Origin: Pseudodesulfovibrio piezophilus C1TLV30 | GTDB lineage: Bacteria; Desulfobacterota; Desulfovibrionia; Desulfovibrionales; Desulfovibrionaceae | DNA length: 32,000 nucleotides | Direction of reading: 5' to 3' | NCBI RefSeq assembly: GCF_000341895.1 | Contig: NC_020409.1 | Location: 3,182,411 to 3,214,410, forward strand | In this document: in pieces, positions 28,366 to 32,000 of the stretch | How the letters are laid out: each line of letters starts with the position of its first letter | Numbering within the stretch: the stretch's first letter is position 1 | Notes under the pieces: generated by a model | What the model was told of the DNA's origin: nothing | The model's database searches: none | The model's input: the letters and a program-made list of their open reading frames with translations, nothing else | Translations under genes and position numbers: made by a program

Positions 28366-31300
28366 TCAGAACGACAATCCCGGTGGTCCTCTTACCTGGA
28401 TGGCGGGCAATTCTGTTGCCGCCAATCTGTTGATGATTGTCTTCCTTATTGGCGGGCTGATCTTTGCCATGCAGATCAAGCAGGAAGTCTTTCCCGAATT
28501 CAGTACGGATGAAATCAATGTTTCCATCTCCTATCCCGGAGCAAGTCCTGAAGAGGTCGAACAGGGTATTGTTCTGGCTGCGGAACAGGCCATTCAGGGT
28601 ATTGATGGTGTCAAGAAAGTCACTTCGACTTCAAGTGAAGGGTCTGCTTCCATTGTGGCCGAATTATTGGAAGGAGCGGATCAGCAGCGGGTGCTTCAGG
28701 ATGTGAAGAGTGAAGTTGACGCGATTACATCCTTCCCCGAGGAAGCCGAGGACCCGATTGTCTCCGAGGCCTCTCACAAAAGGGACGTTCTCGCACTGAT
28801 CATTTATGGTGATCAGGAGCAGATTGTCTTGCGCGAAGTCGCTGAACAATTGCGGGAGGAGTTGCTGAGTGATCCCGGAATTACTCAGGCAGAGCTTCGC
28901 GAGGTCAGTGGTTTGCAAATCAATATTGAGGTGCCGCAGGCCAAACTGCGCGCACACAACCTGACTTTGCAATCCGTGGCCGATACACTGGATGACGCCT
29001 CTGTGGATATGCCGGGTGGCGGCATCAAAAGTTCCTCCGGCGAAGTGCTGGTCCGTATGAAGGATCGCAAGGAGTACGCCAGGGAGTTTGCTCAGGTCCC
29101 AGTCGTCACGGGGAGTGACGGGACTCAGGTCCTGCTGGAGGATATCGCAACAGTTACCGATGGTTTCGAGGACGAGGATATCCTGACGAATTACAACGGT
29201 AAACCTGCCGTCCGACTGGATGTCTACCGTATCGGTGATCAGACTCCAAAATCCGTTTCCACAGCAGCCAGAGCCAAGCTGGAACTTTTCCAGAAGCGTT
29301 TGCCCGAGAGTGTCAAGGTTGCCGTGCTCAATGACTCTTCCGTGATTTTCAACCAACGCATGGATCTGCTCATGAGCAACGGATATATGGGGTTGGCGCT
29401 TGTATTTATCCTGTTGGCTGTTTTTCTGGAAGCACGGTTGGCTTTCTGGGTCGCCATGGGTATTCCGGTATCATTCATGGGATCATTTCTTATTTTGCAT
29501 GTCATGGGGATCAGTATCAACATGATGTCCATGTTCGCCTTTCTCATAGCGCTGGGCATTGTTGTTGATGATGCCATTGTGGTGGGAGAGAATGTCCACA
29601 CCTTGCGCCAACAGGGGGTTCCTCCTCTGAAAGCGGCGATTGAAGGGGCGCGTCAGATTGCTCTCCCGGTCACATTCAGTGTGTTGACCAACATCGTTGC
29701 TTTCGGACCGATCTTGTTTATCCCCGGTGATATGGGCAAGATCATGTATTCCATCCCAGTCGTTGTCATCAGTGTTTTTGCCATCTCTCTCATAGAGAGT
29801 CTGTTTGTTTTGCCCGCTCACCTTGCTCATATGAAAGTCGGGACCAGTAATCCGATCATGGCTTGGGTCTCTGCTCGTCAGCAGCGGGTTAGCAGATGGC
29901 TCATTTCTTTTATTGCGAATGTTTATCGGCCTTTGCTCGATAGATGTGTCACATGGCGTTATATCAGTGTTGCGGTGGGATCGGGCATACTCATTTTGTG
30001 CGGTGCTTATGTAGCCAGTGGACGGTTGGGGATGACACTCATGCCCAAGGTTGAGTCCGATTATGCCTTTGCGCGGGCAGAGCTTCCCTATGGTTCTGCC
30101 GTGGCAGACTCCGAGGCCATTCGGGATCGACTACTCAATGCGGCTGAAGAAGTTGTCGCCGAGAATGGCGGTACACGGCTTCAGGAGGGAACATACTCCA
30201 AGATCGGCGGAGCTGGCCGCGATATTTCGGGAAGCCATGTTGTCAGTGTCCAGATATTCTTGACCGATGCTGAAACCCGTCCCATCTCGACCGATGAGTT
30301 CGTGAAGAAGTGGCGTCAGAAAGCGGGTACTATTCCCGGTCTTGAGTCATTGCTTTTTCAATCCGATAGGGGTGGACCTGGTGCGGGGAATGCCATTGAA
30401 CTGGAGTTGAATCACAGTGATGTGAATGTTCTCAAGAGTGCGGCCAGTGAATTGGCCGAGGCTTTGGCCTTCTTCCCCAAGGTCAAGGATATCGATGATG
30501 GATTCTCTCCGGGCAAGCAGCAGCTCGACTTCAAGGTCACGCCGGAAGGCGAGAGCCTGGGGCTGGATGCTCAGGAGATCGCCAGTCAGGTTCGCGCCGC
30601 ATACTATGGAACAGAAGTCCTGCGCCAGCAACGTGGCCGCAATGAGGTTAAAGTCCTGGTGCGTCGTCCCAAGGATGAACGCATATCGGAATATGATCTT
30701 GAAGAGTTCATGATTCATACTCCGGATGACAGGGAAGTCTTGTTGCGCGAGGTCGTGGATATCAAACGGGGACGAGCCTACACCATGATCAAACATGTCA
30801 ACGGGCGCAGATCACTCGTTGTCTCCGCAGATGTGAACCCTCGAAGTGAGGCAGGGCAGGTGCTCAAAGACATTCTGCGTGAGACCATGCCACGCCTTCA
30901 GGCCAAGTATCCCGGTTTGAGTTATTCCATTGAAGGAAATCAGGGCGATATGAATGAGGGGATGGAAAGCCTTATTTCCGGACTTCTCCTCGCCATGTTG
31001 GTTATCTATGCGCTTCTTGCCATCCCATTCAAAAGTTACACACAGCCTTTGATCATCATGATCTGCATTCCATTTGGGGCAGTCGGTGCCATCATAGGAC
31101 ATATCATGATGGGGTACAGCATCAGTCTGCCGAGCCTTCTTGGGATTGTCGCCCTGTCCGGTGTGGTCGTGAATGATTCACTCGTCTTCATCGATTATAC
31201 CAACCTGAAACGACTCGAAGGACATTGTGCCTATGATGCGGTCCTTCTTACAGGAACAGCGCGTTTTCGTCCCATCATGTTGACGACCATGACAACTTTT

Positions 31301-31516
31301 GGGGGACTGGCTCCCATGATCATGGAGACGTCACGTCAGGCACAGTTTCTTATCCCCATGGCCATTTCCCTTGGTTTCGGTATTCTATTTGCCACGGCGA
31401 TTACCCTGATTCTGGTCCCGTCGCTGTATTTGATCTTGGAGGATTGCAAGGAATGGTTATACCGCCTGCGTGGTGTGAAAAAGCCGGTAGGATCGGGAAA
31501 GGAAGTCAATATATGA
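28355..31516 (+). CDS. RND efflux permease (AcrB/HAE-type inner-membrane pump)
   Basis: 1053 aa from ATG 28355. The track start at 28331 would overlap the adaptor gene further. Typical N-terminus NSVAANLLMIVFLIGGL...VFPEF...ISYPGASPEEVEQGI. Twelve TM helices and two large periplasmic loops are inferred from the hydrophobicity pattern. Confidence 0.9.
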   Translation: MANNQNDNPGGPLTWMAGNSVAANLLMIVFLIGGLIFAMQIKQEVFPEFSTDEINVSISYPGASPEEVEQGIVLAAEQAIQGIDGVKKVTSTSSEGSASIVAELLEGADQQRVLQDVKSEVDAITSFPEEAEDPIVSEASHKRDVLALIIYGDQEQIVLREVAEQLREELLSDPGITQAELREVSGLQINIEVPQAKLRAHNLTLQSVADTLDDASVDMPGGGIKSSSGEVLVRMKDRKEYAREFAQVPVVTGSDGTQVLLEDIATVTDGFEDEDILTNYNGKPAVRLDVYRIGDQTPKSVSTAARAKLELFQKRLPESVKVAVLNDSSVIFNQRMDLLMSNGYMGLALVFILLAVFLEARLAFWVAMGIPVSFMGSFLILHVMGISINMMSMFAFLIALGIVVDDAIVVGENVHTLRQQGVPPLKAAIEGARQIALPVTFSVLTNIVAFGPILFIPGDMGKIMYSIPVVVISVFAISLIESLFVLPAHLAHMKVGTSNPIMAWVSARQQRVSRWLISFIANVYRPLLDRCVTWRYISVAVGSGILILCGAYVASGRLGMTLMPKVESDYAFARAELPYGSAVADSEAIRDRLLNAAEEVVAENGGTRLQEGTYSKIGGAGRDISGSHVVSVQIFLTDAETRPISTDEFVKKWRQKAGTIPGLESLLFQSDRGGPGAGNAIELELNHSDVNVLKSAASELAEALAFFPKVKDIDDGFSPGKQQLDFKVTPEGESLGLDAQEIASQVRAAYYGTEVLRQQRGRNEVKVLVRRPKDERISEYDLEEFMIHTPDDREVLLREVVDIKRGRAYTMIKHVNGRRSLVVSADVNPRSEAGQVLKDILRETMPRLQAKYPGLSYSIEGNQGDMNEGMESLISGLLLAMLVIYALLAIPFKSYTQPLIIMICIPFGAVGAIIGHIMMGYSISLPSLLGIVALSGVVVNDSLVFIDYTNLKRLEGHCAYDAVLLTGTARFRPIMLTTMTTFGGLAPMIMETSRQAQFLIPMAISLGFGILFATAITLILVPSLYLILEDCKEWLYRLRGVKKPVGSGKEVNI

Positions 31517-31746
31517 CCATTCTCCCTGCCTATATTGTCGATGGAAAATTGTTTGGCAATGAATTGCTCAAGAAAAAGTGGGAAGCCCGAAAGAGGGAAG
31601 AACACATTCAGACGGATGTGGTGCAAACCCTCGACCAGGTTCTCAATGCCGAAGATCTCATTCTGAATCCGGTGAGCAGGCAAAATACGAAGATTCGGGA
31701 GGGAACGGGCTCGCTTTCCATTGTTCCAATGGTTCAGGAATCTTAA
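31513..31746 (+). CDS. Small hypothetical protein translationally coupled to the RND pump
   Basis: 77 aa from ATG 31513, which overlaps the pump TGA (ATGA). Sequence starts MTILPAYIVDGKLFGNELLKKKWEARKREEH.... No recognisable motif. Confidence 0.35.
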   Translation: MTILPAYIVDGKLFGNELLKKKWEARKREEHIQTDVVQTLDQVLNAEDLILNPVSRQNTKIREGTGSLSIVPMVQES

Positions 31747-31905
31747 CATGGGTTGATAAATCTTATGTAACGCCCCCCATCGCGTGCCCGATTACTTCTA
31801 TAGAACACCCTCGCTCTGCCGTATGCCCGCCTTTGGGAAGGGGAGACAGTCGTATCGGCTGTTGCCGGGCCGCGGTCAGGGGGGGGACAGCCTAAGGAGA
31901 TGGTT

Positions 31906-32000
31906 ATGGAAATCAGTTCCGTGAGTTCCATGTCCAGCATGATGTCAATGCAGAGCAGTTCGATGCAGGCTCCCCCAGAGCCTCCAGACACATCGGAAAT
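31906..32000 (+). CDS. 5' part of a Ser/Met-rich ORF running off the window
   Basis: SD TAAGGAG lies 7 nt upstream of ATG 31906. The translation is MEISSVSSMSSMMSMQSSSMQAPPEPPDTSE... and the frame is open to the window edge. It is too short to classify. Confidence 0.3.
   Translation, partial: MEISSVSSMSSMMSMQSSSMQAPPEPPDTSE

Noticed and set aside
1-32000. Mobile elements, CRISPR arrays, tRNA or rRNA genes, prophage or defence-island signatures
   Set aside because: I saw no transposase, integrase or recombinase motifs in any frame, no arrays of regularly spaced direct repeats, and no tRNA-like or rRNA-like segments. The only tandem repeats are short coding low-complexity runs.

Overview
Almost fully coding 32-kb chromosomal window at roughly 50% GC. 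The gene content looks like a sulfate-reducing deltaproteobacterium (Desulfovibrio-like), but that taxonomy is inference only. I found no rRNA, tRNA, CRISPR array, transposase or integrase. There are four blocks. (1) nt 1-6336: nine tightly packed + strand genes closed by a strong terminator. They are a PAS-GGDEF cyclase, a SiaA/SiaB/SiaC-like partner-switch module, a MoxR-type AAA ATPase, a VWA protein, an unknown ORF and a Fur-family regulator. (2) nt 6508-17109: a second, convergent Fur paralogue, then a Fur-box promoter driving feoA-feoA-feoB and two secreted proteins. This is followed by an HD-GYP phosphodiesterase, a ZnuABC/TroA-type metal ABC importer with a second, ligand-less binding protein, an unlisted Cys-rich mini-ORF and a small Cys-less HMA-like protein. 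(3) nt 17110-23290 is the most interesting part. It holds a P1B-type ATPase with an S-C-A motif in place of CPC. Two small glycine-zipper membrane proteins precede it, one carrying a histone-H1-like Lys/Ala/Pro tail. A third glycine-zipper protein with a Gly/Arg-rich region and an acidic tail follows it, then a cation-diffusion-facilitator fused to a NifX/NifB-like domain, then a convergent HMA-like membrane protein. Each transcription unit is fronted by an AT-rich Fur-box-like palindrome. I read this as a ferrosome-type (fez-like) iron-organelle or iron-storage locus with accessory genes that I do not recall from the described fez core. (4) nt 23367-31746: an OmpR-type two-component system divergent from a three-component RND efflux operon. 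Every functional call rests on motifs read by eye from the supplied translations. No database search was possible.
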